Positions 1-8,872 of a stretch of DNA of 54,193 bases are shown in pieces. The notes below the pieces were generated by a model. It made no database searches. It had not been told where the DNA came from and saw nothing but the letters and a program-made list of their open reading frames with translations. The translations under genes were made by a program, and so were the position numbers. Where the stretch lies: contig JBBIJM010000006.1 in the NCBI GenBank assembly GCA_037445955.1, positions 1 through 54,193 of the forward strand, read 5' to 3'. Source of the DNA: Syntrophobacterales bacterium (GTDB lineage: Bacteria; Desulfobacterota; Syntrophia; Syntrophales; CAMTWB01). How positions within the stretch are numbered: position 1 is the stretch's first letter; every line of letters starts with the position of its first letter.

Positions 1-2514
1 GGCTCGCAGCGAAAGAGCCCGGGCAAACAGGGGGAGTTCCCTCAACGTCAGTTCATAGATCCCCCGGCGGTCTCTATCTTTCCCGAGATCACCCCAGCCG
101 GGATGCCTCAGGCTCAGGAGGTACTCCCCGGCGTAAGGGGCGAGACCGGAATTGAAGAAATCTTCCTGGGGGACATGGGAATTGAGGAAGAAGGCCTTAC
201 CCGCCCGGTAGTGGAGCCAGGGGAAATCGGCGGACTGGATCCCGGAGCCGGAGAAATGATCCCGGATGTAGGAGTCCGTAAGGAGCTGCCTCATAAGCAG
301 TGCCTCGATCGATTCTATCTCTATTTCCTTCAACGAAGCGCGGAGCCTCTTGTTTTCCCGGATGGTTTCGTCCGCCGCCGCGAGACCCGCCGCGGTAAAT
401 TCCCGGTTGGAAGCCAGGATGAGGAGATCCTTGTCCTCCCCCAGAAAGACCTGTACGTTCTTGAATTCGTTGCTGATGGTGTTTAGCACCATCCCCACCA
501 TGGCCGGATCGGCGGAATAGGTGTGCATCCACTGGAGGAGGATCCCCCGCTCCGTCAGGCGCCGGGCGGCGAGGGAATAAAATTCCCGGGTGAAGAGGAG
601 ATCCACCCCCACGGTCCAGGGATTGCTGGGCTCGGAAATGATGAGATCGTATTTCCCGGGGGAACGCCCCAGGATCCGGAAGGCGTCGCCTAAATGAAAC
701 CGGATTCGGGGGTCGGAAAGGAGATCGTGGGTATCCTCTCTGAAGAAGGGGGCGGCCTTGATCACCTCCGGGGAGATCTCGGCTATGTGGATCTCCTTGA
801 TGTCCGGATAGAGGGTGAGTTCCCCCGCCGTAACCCCGGTGCCAAGACCTATCACCATGACCCGGTCCCTCTCCGGGGAAAGAAGGGCGGGCAGGTGGGC
901 AAGAAGCTTCAGGGTGATCATATCGCCCAGGGTGTCCGAATCGGACTTGCCGTTGACGATGATCGCCCGGGATTTCCGGTTGAATTCCTCCCGCTCCTTC
1001 CCTTCCACGACGGAGACGGTGGCGGTGGATCCGTCCTTGTGATAGACCAGGTTCAAGTGGCTGTAAAAATGCCTGAAGAATTCCCCCGGCCCGGCGAAGG
1101 TGTAAGGCCCCGGCGCCGTCTTGCGGAAGGTGCCGATCTTGAAGCGGCCCGTCTCGAAAAAGGGAGTGGCGATTATAAAGACTAGGGCGCAGGCGGAAAG
1201 GGCCAGGGCGGGGAATAGATAACCCCTCCCCAGATACCGGCCGGCCAGACAGGCGGAGATCCCGGATAAAAAGACCGCGACAAGATAGATCCCGGGAAGA
1301 TCGAGAAATTGATAGAAAAGGGCCCCGCCGACGATGCTGCCCAGGAGGTTCCCCAGGGTGTTTAAAGAGAAAACATAGCCCGCATGCCTCCCCGCCTGGG
1401 CGAGTTCCCGCTTCGCGAAGTGGAAGACCAGGGGCACCGTGGCCCCCATGAAGGATACGGGAACGATCAAAACCAGGAGCAAAACGCCAAATACGCTCGC
1501 CCAGTACGCCCAAAACCCCGCCATGTTGTCCTGGAAGGCCACCCGGAGCACGTGGGAGGCGTACGGCCAGGTATCGAGACTCAAATAGATAACTAAAAGA
1601 GACAAGGCGATAAACAGCTGATTGAAATAGAGGTATCTCTCCGGGATCTCCCTCAGTCTGCCCACGAAGTGACTTCCCAGGGCGATGGAAAAGATAAAAA
1701 CGGAAACGATGAGGGAATAGGTGTAGGAAGAACTCCCCAGAGACAGGGCGGAGAGCCGCATCAGGATATTCTCCAGGGTCATTACATAAAAACCGCTCAG
1801 AAAGGCGATGGCGTAGAGGGCCGGAGAAACGGTCTTCCGGGAAACCGGCTCCGCGGCCAAGGCTTCCTGAGTCGTAACGGGCAATGCCTCCCGCCGCTCA
1901 CAAACGAGCCCCAGGGCGTAGAAAAAAAGAAAAGCAGCCAGGTTGATGACGGCGGTTGTCATGACCGTCAGGGGCAGGCCGTATTCGGGCAGGAGATAGA
2001 ATCCCGCAAGCAGGGCGCCCAAGAAGGCCCCGGCGGTATTGATGGAGTAAACCCGCGCGGTCACCCGGGTGGCCTCTTCAATCCTCTCGGATACGGCCCG
2101 GGTGAGGAAGGGGATCGTGCCGCCCATGGCAACGGTAGGAATGCCGATGAGGAGCACACAGCTAAAAAACCCCTGAAAAATCATCAGATAGGGTACGGAA
2201 AAACTCCAGGCGGCGGTCATTTTCTCCACCGTCGCGAAGATCGGGGGGAAGAGGAGCGCCCAAGCCCCGATTATCCCTTCCAGAACCGCAAAGGCCTTGA
2301 AATGATTCTTTACCCGGGTGGTGAGAACCCCGCAGAGGTAGTATCCCGCGGAAAGACCGCCCAAAAATACCCCGAGGATGATGGCGGTGGCAATACTGTC
2401 CGCGCCGAGCATGCGGCTTAGGTACTTCTGCCAGGCCACCTGATAGATTAGACCCGCCGAGCCTGTGGCAAAAACGACCAGGTACAGGAAAAAGACAAAC
2501 GGCTTCCCCCTCAT
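1..2514 (-). CDS. Spermidine synthase-like aminopropyltransferase fused to an N-terminal multi-pass membrane domain (3' end runs off the window)
   Basis: Missing from the ORF track because it has no stop inside the window. Reverse-strand translation from ATG 2514..2512 reads MRGKPFVFFLYLVVFATGSAGLIYQVAWQKYLSRMLGADS. The frame stays open to position 1 (spot-checked at seven places, all consistent with frame 2514). It contains the class-I SAM-fold stretch VMVIGLGTGVTAGELTLYPDIKEIHIAEISPEVI around 780..870. The listed 197..1513(-) ORF is an out-of-frame shadow. Confidence 0.75.
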   Translation of the reverse strand, partial: MRGKPFVFFLYLVVFATGSAGLIYQVAWQKYLSRMLGADSIATAIILGVFLGGLSAGYYLCGVLTTRVKNHFKAFAVLEGIIGAWALLFPPIFATVEKMTAAWSFSVPYLMIFQGFFSCVLLIGIPTVAMGGTIPFLTRAVSERIEEATRVTARVYSINTAGAFLGALLAGFYLLPEYGLPLTVMTTAVINLAAFLFFYALGLVCERREALPVTTQEALAAEPVSRKTVSPALYAIAFLSGFYVMTLENILMRLSALSLGSSSYTYSLIVSVFIFSIALGSHFVGRLREIPERYLYFNQLFIALSLLVIYLSLDTWPYASHVLRVAFQDNMAGFWAYWASVFGVLLLVLIVPVSFMGATVPLVFHFAKRELAQAGRHAGYVFSLNTLGNLLGSIVGGALFYQFLDLPGIYLVAVFLSGISACLAGRYLGRGYLFPALALSACALVFIIATPFFETGRFKIGTFRKTAPGPYTFAGPGEFFRHFYSHLNLVYHKDGSTATVSVVEGKEREEFNRKSRAIIVNGKSDSDTLGDMITLKLLAHLPALLSPERDRVMVIGLGTGVTAGELTLYPDIKEIHIAEISPEVIKAAPFFREDTHDLLSDPRIRFHLGDAFRILGRSPGKYDLIISEPSNPWTVGVDLLFTREFYSLAARRLTERGILLQWMHTYSADPAMVGMVLNTISNEFKNVQVFLGEDKDLLILASNREFTAAGLAAADETIRENKRLRASLKEIEIESIEALLMRQLLTDSYIRDHFSGSGIQSADFPWLHYRAGKAFFLNSHVPQEDFFNSGLAPYAGEYLLSLRHPGWGDLGKDRDRRGIYELTLRELPLFARALSLRA

Positions 2515-2682
2515 GTTCCCTTCCCCCCCCAAAAGAGCTCTTCCGGCATAAATCAGCACCCTCATAGACCCAAAGCCTCATCCCGTCAACACTTAATAGA
2601 CATACCGGACAACAATCCTCACAATTTCCTTGATTTTTGTAACCATAACTGGTATTTCGCCTTAACTAGAAAGGATAACCCT

Positions 2683-4278
2683 ATGACGATACTGACTACT
2701 TTCCTTGTTTCAGTCATTATCCTTCTCGGCTACGGGCCTGTTTTTTCCGCCGGCATCCTTAACATCCGCCACTTCTCCGCCCCGGACAGCACCAGGGTTG
2801 TCATCGAAACGACGGAAGGGTTATCCTACTCAAGCGAACAGTCGGCGGGCCGGGTCAGCCTGCTTTTTCCCACCGGCACCCTTGCGGAAAGGATCCCCCG
2901 GGAGCAAACCCTGATGAAATCCGGGGTAAACAGGATTACCGCGGCGGCTTCCGCGGGAGGCTCTCTCGTCGAGGTTTTCCTCTTGGAGGGCACGGCGGTC
3001 AAGGTCTTCAAACTCCAGGCTTTTGAGGGCAGGCCCGAGCGGGTGGTCATTGATGTGGTCTGCCCGGAGGTGGAAAACCAGCTCGCTAATGAAAGACAAA
3101 CGCTCCGATCCCAGTTGACAAAGCGGATAATCGTCATCGATCCCGGCCATGGGGGGGATGACCCCGGCGCCGTGGGTAGGCGGGGCACCCAGGAAAAGGA
3201 CGTGGTCCTGGAAATGGGAAAACGACTGAAGGAGATCCTTGACCGCGAGGAGGGATTCCGGGCGTTTTTGACTAGGGACGGGGATTATTACGTCCCCTTC
3301 AAGAAAAGGATGAAGATAGCCCGGGACTTAAACGCCGATCTCTTCCTTAGCATCCACGCGGACGCCTCGACGAACAGGAGGGCCTCGGGCAGTTCCGTCT
3401 ATACCCTCTCGACGGGGGGCGCGGTAAGCGAAGCATCCCGGATTCTGGCCAGGAAGGAGAACCTGGCGGACATCGTGGGCGGCATCCCGGAGGGCGAACT
3501 GATTCCGGAGGACTCGACCCCTATCATCCTCGACATGCTCCAGAACAACACCATCAATACCTCGAAGAATTTCGGCGCCTCACTCCTCTCCCGGCTGGGC
3601 GAGGGGTTTGCCTTAAAATTTTCCTCCGTTCAGGAGGCGCCGTTTGTAGTGCTGAAACTTCCTGAAATCCCCGCCGTTTTGATAGAAACCCTCTATATTT
3701 CCAATCCCCTGGAGGAGAGGCGGCTTAGAAACAAGGATGTTCAGAATGCCTTTGCCCGGAAGATCGCCCAGACGGTTACGGAATTTTTCTCCGGCCAGGA
3801 GGCGGCTATGAGCCCGGCCAAAGCAAAGGCGGCAAAAAGGGAAGAGGTCTCCCTCCCCGGGCGGGAAAAGATTCCCCAATCGAAAGCCTCCCCTTCCCCC
3901 GGGAAAGAAGACCCGCTGGAGATGTTGACAATAGGCCAGGGTGTGCACAGAAAAGAACCTCAAAGAACGGCTAAAGGGGCAACCACCGCCATCGACCGGG
4001 ATAAGGCGGAGATCCGCAAGAAAAAACCCGCCCCCCCGGAACAGAGGGCCGGGCATCTAAAGGCCAGGGGAAAGGCGGCAAGCCCCAATGTCAAGGCTAA
4101 ATCCCATCTGGTTAAAAAGGGCGAAACCCTGGAGAGAATCGCCCTCCGCCACCAAACCTCGATCCGGGAATTGGCCAGGATAAACGGGATCAAGAAGGGT
4201 GCCCCGATCCACCCGAATCAGCGGCTGAAACTTCCAGAGAAAAATCCCCTCCCGAAACCCCCAATTCGGGGGACATAA
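2683..4278 (+). CDS. N-acetylmuramoyl-L-alanine amidase (AMIN-like N-domain, Amidase_3 core, C-terminal LysM)
   Basis: 531-aa ORF with a hydrophobic N-terminus. Amidase_3 motifs IVIDPGHGGDDPGAVG and FLSIHADA. Lys/Pro-rich linker. LysM-like HLVKKGETLERIALRHQTSIRELARINGI at the C-terminus. Confidence 0.9.
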   Translation: MTILTTFLVSVIILLGYGPVFSAGILNIRHFSAPDSTRVVIETTEGLSYSSEQSAGRVSLLFPTGTLAERIPREQTLMKSGVNRITAAASAGGSLVEVFLLEGTAVKVFKLQAFEGRPERVVIDVVCPEVENQLANERQTLRSQLTKRIIVIDPGHGGDDPGAVGRRGTQEKDVVLEMGKRLKEILDREEGFRAFLTRDGDYYVPFKKRMKIARDLNADLFLSIHADASTNRRASGSSVYTLSTGGAVSEASRILARKENLADIVGGIPEGELIPEDSTPIILDMLQNNTINTSKNFGASLLSRLGEGFALKFSSVQEAPFVVLKLPEIPAVLIETLYISNPLEERRLRNKDVQNAFARKIAQTVTEFFSGQEAAMSPAKAKAAKREEVSLPGREKIPQSKASPSPGKEDPLEMLTIGQGVHRKEPQRTAKGATTAIDRDKAEIRKKKPAPPEQRAGHLKARGKAASPNVKAKSHLVKKGETLERIALRHQTSIRELARINGIKKGAPIHPNQRLKLPEKNPLPKPPIRGT

Positions 4279-4288
4279 CACTTAATTA
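4263..4288 (+). repeat. Copy 1 of 26-nt repeat AATTCGGGGGACATAACACTTAATTA
   Basis: Overlaps the amidase stop codon (TAA 4276..4278) and encodes its last residues IRGT. Exact match to 4397..4422. Confidence 0.9.
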
Positions 4289-4374
4289 TTCGCCAAAGTC
4301 ATTTGCTGGCTGCCGTCAGTTATGTGGAGAACGGTTAACGCGGGCATGGTGAGACATGGGTGGGAATACAAGCG

Positions 4375-4422
4375 TAATTCGGGGTAATTCGGGGGTAATT
4401 CGGGGGACATAACACTTAATTA
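4375..4422 (+). repeat. Three tandem TAATTCGGGG(G) units running into copy 2 of the 26-nt repeat
   Basis: Units at 4375..4384, 4385..4395 and 4396..4406. Exact AATTCGGGGGACATAACACTTAATTA at 4397..4422. Confidence 0.9.
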
Positions 4423-4480
4423 TCTTGACCAGCGCGTAAAATGATTTAAACATCAGCTATGTCTAGAATAGCCAGAATCG

Positions 4481-4505
4481 AATTAAGTGTTATGTCCCCC
4501 GAATT
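4481..4505 (-). repeat. Inverted copy 3 of the 25-nt core (AATTAAGTGTTATGTCCCCCGAATT)
   Basis: Exact reverse complement of 4397..4421. Together they form a perfect 25-bp inverted repeat around a 59-nt spacer. Confidence 0.9.
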
Positions 4506-4640
4506 CGCTTTCCCCCTTAAGGCCGAATATTTTCCCGTCCGGAGTCAAAAGGATTCGTTGAAAACCGAGGCCCTCTATAGTATATGGCTTCCCTTGTTAC
4601 TCCGGGCCGTTTCCCGGGGAACGGGGAGACGTTGGGGGAT

Positions 4641-4672
4641 ATTGAGCTTTATCGCTTCGTTCGAAATGACAG
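4641..4672 (+). repeat. Diverged partial copy of the dispersed TCGAAATGACA-type repeat core
   Basis: TTGAGCTTTATCGCTTCGTTCGAAATGACA aligns with TTAAGATTTCTCCCTGCGGTCGAAATGACA of the copies at 10258, 41522 and 22069(rc). Confidence 0.4.
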
Positions 4673-4740
4673 AAAGAGGCGGCGAAATTAAACGAGAGCC
4701 GATCAAGCGGCATTCTCATCCCTGATTGACGGGGCGGTTC

Positions 4741-5988
4741 ATGGTGGCAATGCACAGCAATAAAGGATTCAAGCTGCTTGTACTGGCGGTCTTTCTCATG
4801 CAGTTCGGCGGCGCCGCGGGCTCCATCGGGGTGCCCATTCTGGCCAAAAAAGTTTTCCAGACCTCATTCTGGGGGCTCGCCATGCTCGGGGTGATCGGGG
4901 CTCTGGTTTACAGCCTCGTCTGCTTTGCCATGGGGGATCTGTCAAAAAGGGCCAACCCGTATAAGATGATGCTTCTGGGAACCTCTGCCTATGCCGCCAC
5001 CTTTACCCTGGCGGTTTTCGCCACGGCCACCTGGCATTTGATCCTCGTTTACATCTTTGCGGGAGGGGCGACGGCCTTCTTCTGGCCCATGGTGGAGGCG
5101 GCCATGGCCCACGGCACCACCGGACAAATCCAAAACCGGCGGATCGGAATCTTCAACGTCTCCTGGAGCCTCGCCGACGCCCTGGGCACCGCGGCGGCGG
5201 GAGGGCTCTACCTTATCTGGCCGCGGCTGCCCTTTGTCGTTCTCATCGCCGCCATGATGGCGGTTCTCGTCATCACCCTCATCGCCTACGGCCTGGCGGA
5301 AACGGAGGAGAGGCCCCCTGGGGAAAATGCGCCGGAGAAGACGGGGCCAGGAAGGCCGATCCCTCAGGAGACGAAACTCAATTACGCCCGGGCGGCCTGG
5401 TGTTCCAACTTTTTCGCCCACGGGGTTACAAACGTGTTAAGAAGCGTCTTTGCCGCCCCGGCGGTGGATGTCTTTAAGATGAGCCCCCTTACCATTGGTC
5501 TTATCGTCGGCGCCTTCAACGCGACTAGAACCATCACCTTCGCCGTCCTGCGCCGGAGCTCCGCCTGGACCTACCGGTCTTCGGTCCTGACCGGGGCGAA
5601 CCTGCTGTTGATCTCCGGCATGGCCTGTGTCGTGGGCGCCGCCTATTTCGCGCCGGCGGATTTCGCCGTAGGCATCGTGTATTTCGCCATGATCCTCTCG
5701 GGACTGGGCTGCGGCATTATCTATTACTCGAGCATCTATTACAGCATCAATCTCTCCAGCCTCGTCGCCTCCAATACGAGAATTCATGAAGCCTTTCTCG
5801 GGGCCGGCGCCGCCACCGTCGTCTTGGCCTCCGGAGGGCTCCACTCCCTCGTTTCGTCCCCCCTGGCCGGCCGGATCCTCCTTAGATTCGGTCTGGATCA
5901 GTTCGCCGTAAGCTCCCTTGCCCCCTTCATCCTGGCCGCCACCGCCGCAGGTCTGGCCTTGGGCGTCTCCCGCCGGCTCAGGAAATAG
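4741..5988 (+). CDS. MFS-type transporter
   Basis: About 12 hydrophobic segments across a ~415-aa ORF. The track start 4726 is TTG. The ATG at 4741 (MVAMHSNKGFKLLVLAVF) is an equally plausible start. Confidence 0.7.
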   Translation: MVAMHSNKGFKLLVLAVFLMQFGGAAGSIGVPILAKKVFQTSFWGLAMLGVIGALVYSLVCFAMGDLSKRANPYKMMLLGTSAYAATFTLAVFATATWHLILVYIFAGGATAFFWPMVEAAMAHGTTGQIQNRRIGIFNVSWSLADALGTAAAGGLYLIWPRLPFVVLIAAMMAVLVITLIAYGLAETEERPPGENAPEKTGPGRPIPQETKLNYARAAWCSNFFAHGVTNVLRSVFAAPAVDVFKMSPLTIGLIVGAFNATRTITFAVLRRSSAWTYRSSVLTGANLLLISGMACVVGAAYFAPADFAVGIVYFAMILSGLGCGIIYYSSIYYSINLSSLVASNTRIHEAFLGAGAATVVLASGGLHSLVSSPLAGRILLRFGLDQFAVSSLAPFILAATAAGLALGVSRRLRK

Positions 5989-6043
5989 GGGGACAGCGCC
6001 CCTATTTTCCCCCTATTTTTTCTGTCTCCCTATTTAAAAGAGG

Positions 6044-6071
6044 TTGACAATTGTGTTATAGAAGTTATAAT
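6044..6071 (+). promoter_or_regulatory. Near-consensus sigma70-type promoter for the cbi operon
   Basis: TTGACA (6044..6049), 16-nt spacer, TATAAT (6066..6071). Lies 43 nt upstream of the cbiM ATG. Confidence 0.6.
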
Positions 6072-6114
6072 CGTACTACCAGCTCTAAAACAGCCGAGGC
6101 TGGAGAGGAGAATA

Positions 6115-6720
6115 ATGCACATATCCGAAGGGGTCTTATCGGCGCCGTTACTCTTGACCGGGGCGGCAGGCACCCTCCTGGGGGTCGCCTGGGGGCTAAG
6201 AAAGATGGACTACCGGACGATCCCTCAGGTTGCCGTTCTCTCGTCGGCCTTCTTTGTCGCCTCCCTGATTCAGATCCCCCTGGGGCCGATGAGCGTCCAT
6301 CTGGTTCTAAACGGCCTCCTCGGGATCATCTTGGGCCCCCTGGTCTTTCCCGCAATCGTCGTGGCCCTTTCACTCCAGGCCCTGCTGTTTCAATTCGGCG
6401 GTTTTACCACCCTGGGGATAAATACCCTCAACATGGCCCTCCCGGCGATTCTGGCCTTTATAATCTTCCGCCCCCTGGTTAGATCTGGCTTGCCTCAGGC
6501 GATTATGATCGCCGGTTTTTTAGCGGGCCTGACCGGAGGCTTAGGGGGCGTTGTGCTCATCGCCCTGTGCCTTGTGACCACCGGCGAGGTCTTCATCAAC
6601 ATCGCCCAGGCGGGGGTTATCGCCCACCTGCCGGTGATTGTTATCGAAGGCTTCATCACCATGTTCACCCTCTCGTTTATAAAAAAGGTCAAGCCGGAAA
6701 TCCTGGAGGTAACCGGATGA
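6115..6720 (+). CDS. cbiM: ECF cobalt/nickel transporter substrate-capture component CbiM/NikM
   Basis: N-terminus MHISEGVLS (the conserved Met-His-x-x-EG metal-binding start of CbiM/NikM). Multi-pass membrane protein. Followed by Q and O components. Confidence 0.85.
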   Translation: MHISEGVLSAPLLLTGAAGTLLGVAWGLRKMDYRTIPQVAVLSSAFFVASLIQIPLGPMSVHLVLNGLLGIILGPLVFPAIVVALSLQALLFQFGGFTTLGINTLNMALPAILAFIIFRPLVRSGLPQAIMIAGFLAGLTGGLGGVVLIALCLVTTGEVFINIAQAGVIAHLPVIVIEGFITMFTLSFIKKVKPEILEVTG

Positions 6721-7424
6721 GACATTCCCGGGGAGAGAAGATATCCTTAGCCGCTCTGCCCGCCCTCATCATCGTGCTTTTATTTTTTTTCTCCCCGGGG
6801 GCCTGGGCCCACAAGCTCAACCTCTACGCCGAAGCGAAAGAGGGACTGATCATCGCCGAAGGATACTACGCAGGCGGCGATAAGGCCAAAGATGCGGCGG
6901 TTTTGGTTTATGAAAACGAAAAAAATGCCCTGCTCAGGGAAGGCAGGACGGACAGCCGGGGATTCTTCTCCTTCCCCATCCCGGCGGCAGTGGAGCTCAG
7001 GCTCGTCCTTAAGGACAGAAGCGGCCACCGGGACTCTTTCCTGATAGCGAAAGAGGAGATCCAGGCCGCCCTGCCCCCGGGCTTCGTTTCAAACCTTCAA
7101 GACCAAAAAGACCAACCGAGGGCGCCGAAAGCGGCCCGCCCCGCCGCGGCCATGGCCCAGGCCAGGCCCGGGGCGGAAAAGGCCGAAACCGGAGAATCCG
7201 CCGGATATCAGCGGTGCCTCAGCCGGGAGGAGATCGAGCTCCTCATAGGCGAGACCGTGGAGAAGAAGCTCGCCCCGGTTCTTCTCTCCCTGAACCAGCT
7301 TAAGAAAAATGAACAAAAGGCCCGGTTCACCGAGATCATAGGCGGACTCGGCTATATCGCCTTCCTGTTTGGTCTTGTCCTGTATTTCAAGGCCCGCATC
7401 CGGACCAGGGAAGGGGGAAGCTAG
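6717..7424 (+). CDS. Accessory membrane-anchored extracytoplasmic protein in the CbiN/NikN (or NikL/NikK) position
   Basis: ATG 6717 overlaps the cbiM stop (ATGA). 235 aa: signal peptide ending AWA then HKLNLY, beta-rich domain (FFSFPIPAAVELRLVLKD), Pro/Ala/Lys-rich linker, single C-terminal TM IIGGLGYIAFLFGLVLYF. The upstream part of track ORF 6567..7424 overlaps cbiM and is discarded. Confidence 0.6.
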   Translation: MRHSRGEKISLAALPALIIVLLFFFSPGAWAHKLNLYAEAKEGLIIAEGYYAGGDKAKDAAVLVYENEKNALLREGRTDSRGFFSFPIPAAVELRLVLKDRSGHRDSFLIAKEEIQAALPPGFVSNLQDQKDQPRAPKAARPAAAMAQARPGAEKAETGESAGYQRCLSREEIELLIGETVEKKLAPVLLSLNQLKKNEQKARFTEIIGGLGYIAFLFGLVLYFKARIRTREGGS

Positions 7425-7427
7425 AAG

Positions 7428-8186
7428 ATGCACCTGGAGGAATTCGCCTGGGGAAAGTCCTTCTTCCACCGGATCGATCCCCGGATCAAGTTCGCCGCCT
7501 TCTTCCCATACCTCTTCTTCCTCGCCTTGCTGCCCGGCCTCAGCCAGGCGGCGGCGGCCCTGGTCCTCTCGACGGCCTTCGTCATCCGGGCCGGACTCGA
7601 CACCCGGAAGGTGATAAACCGGCTCCTGATCGCAAACGGGTTCATTGTGCTTATCTGGGTCTTTCTCCCCTTTAGCCAGCCGGGAGAAATCCTCTTTGCC
7701 CTGGGACCGGCGGCGGCCTCCCGGGAGGGAATCCTCCTTGCCCTTACAATAACCCTCAAGACCAACGCCATTATCCTTGCCACCATCGCGATTTTGGGCA
7801 CCTCGGAGGTGTTTGCCCTCACCCACGCCCTGGTCCATCTGAGATGCCCGGAGAAGCTAATCCATCTGTTTTTCTTCTTCTACCGCTACTTGAGCGTCCT
7901 GCACGAGGAATACACGAAATTAACCGGCGCCATGAGGATCAGATGCTTCCGCCCGGCGACAACCCTGCACACCTACAGGAGCTATGCCTATCTCATCGGG
8001 ATGCTCCTCATCAGAAGCCACGACCGGGCGGAAAGGATCTACCAGGCTATGCTCTGCCGGGGCTTCAAGAACCGGTTCCACCTGGCCCGCCATTTCCATC
8101 TCCACCGGGAAGACGGGGTCTTTGCCCTTTTGATGCTTGCCGCAACCGGCGTCATTTTACTCTTTGGCCTTACGGAAACTTTATGA
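7428..8186 (+). CDS. cbiQ: ECF transporter transmembrane (T) component CbiQ
   Basis: 252-aa membrane protein beginning MHLEEFAWGKSFFHRIDPRIK, typical of the CbiQ family. Operon position between the M/N and O components. Confidence 0.8.
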   Translation: MHLEEFAWGKSFFHRIDPRIKFAAFFPYLFFLALLPGLSQAAAALVLSTAFVIRAGLDTRKVINRLLIANGFIVLIWVFLPFSQPGEILFALGPAAASREGILLALTITLKTNAIILATIAILGTSEVFALTHALVHLRCPEKLIHLFFFFYRYLSVLHEEYTKLTGAMRIRCFRPATTLHTYRSYAYLIGMLLIRSHDRAERIYQAMLCRGFKNRFHLARHFHLHREDGVFALLMLAATGVILLFGLTETL

Positions 8187-8839
8187 TAATAGACATCGAA
8201 AATCTCCACTTCCGCTACCCCCACGGCAGGGAGATCTTCTCCGGCCTCGATTTCTCCCTCGGCCGGGGAGACAGGCTGGGACTGGTCGGCCATAACGGGT
8301 CCGGGAAGACCACCCTCCTTCATCTGATTATGGGTCTAATCAAACCGAGCGGGGGAAGGATAAAGGTGGCGGGAGAGGAGCGCCGGACGGAAAAGGATTT
8401 CGAAGAGGTGCGCCGGAAGATCGGCCTCCTCTTTCAGGATGCCGACGATCAGCTCTTCTGCCCTTCGGTGGCTGAGGACATCGCCTTCGGCCCGTTGAAT
8501 TTGGGCAAGAGCCAGGAGGAGACCCGGGGGATCGTGAGAAGAACCTGCGACCTCCTGGGCTTAAACGGGCTCGAAGAGAAGATCACCTACCGGCTCTCGG
8601 GAGGGGAAAAGAAGTTGGTAGCCCTGGCAACGCTAGTTGCCATGGAGCCCGAATGCTACCTTCTCGATGAGCCCTCCGCGGGCCTCGATGAGGGAACAAC
8701 CGCCCGACTGCTTAGCCACCTCCGGAACCACTGCGACACCTACCTGATCATCTCCCATGACCGGGATTTTTTGAAAGGGGCCGCAGACCGGATCTACCGG
8801 CTGGAAGGAAGCCGTCTTACGGAAGTGACGGCGGGCTGA
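8183..8839 (+). CDS. cbiO: ECF transporter ATPase CbiO
   Basis: ATG 8183 overlaps the cbiQ stop (ATGA). Walker A GHNGSGKTT, signature LSGGEKK, Walker B YLLDEPSAGLD. The track ORF 7844..8839 N-terminal part is a shadow over cbiQ. Confidence 0.85.
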   Translation: MIIDIENLHFRYPHGREIFSGLDFSLGRGDRLGLVGHNGSGKTTLLHLIMGLIKPSGGRIKVAGEERRTEKDFEEVRRKIGLLFQDADDQLFCPSVAEDIAFGPLNLGKSQEETRGIVRRTCDLLGLNGLEEKITYRLSGGEKKLVALATLVAMEPECYLLDEPSAGLDEGTTARLLSHLRNHCDTYLIISHDRDFLKGAADRIYRLEGSRLTEVTAG

Positions 8840-8872
8840 GAAAAAGGATTACCGGGCAAGAAAGGTTAAGAG

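Noticed and set aside
197-1513. 438-aa ORF on the minus strand, the longest listed ORF at the left end
   Set aside because: Arg/Gly/Pro-rich low-complexity translation, typical of an off-frame reading of high-GC coding DNA. A different frame on the same strand gives a coherent spermidine-synthase-like protein across the whole region.
4375-4406. Tandem TAATTCGGGG units as a possible CRISPR or VNTR array
   Set aside because: There are only three 10-11-nt units with no spacers and no cas genes. It is a short tandem duplication attached to the 26-nt repeat.
4459-4725. 88-aa ORF between the amidase and MFS genes
   Set aside because: It starts inside the inverted 25-mer and runs through a degenerate TCGAAATGACA repeat (peptide ...SFEMTERGGEI...). 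It is most likely repeat-derived rather than a real gene.
5989-6114. Possible cobalamin riboswitch or NikR operator upstream of cbiM
   Set aside because: The near-consensus promoter leaves only a ~35-40-nt leader, too short for a B12 riboswitch. I could not recognise a B12 box or a GTATGA-N16-TCATAC-type NikR site.
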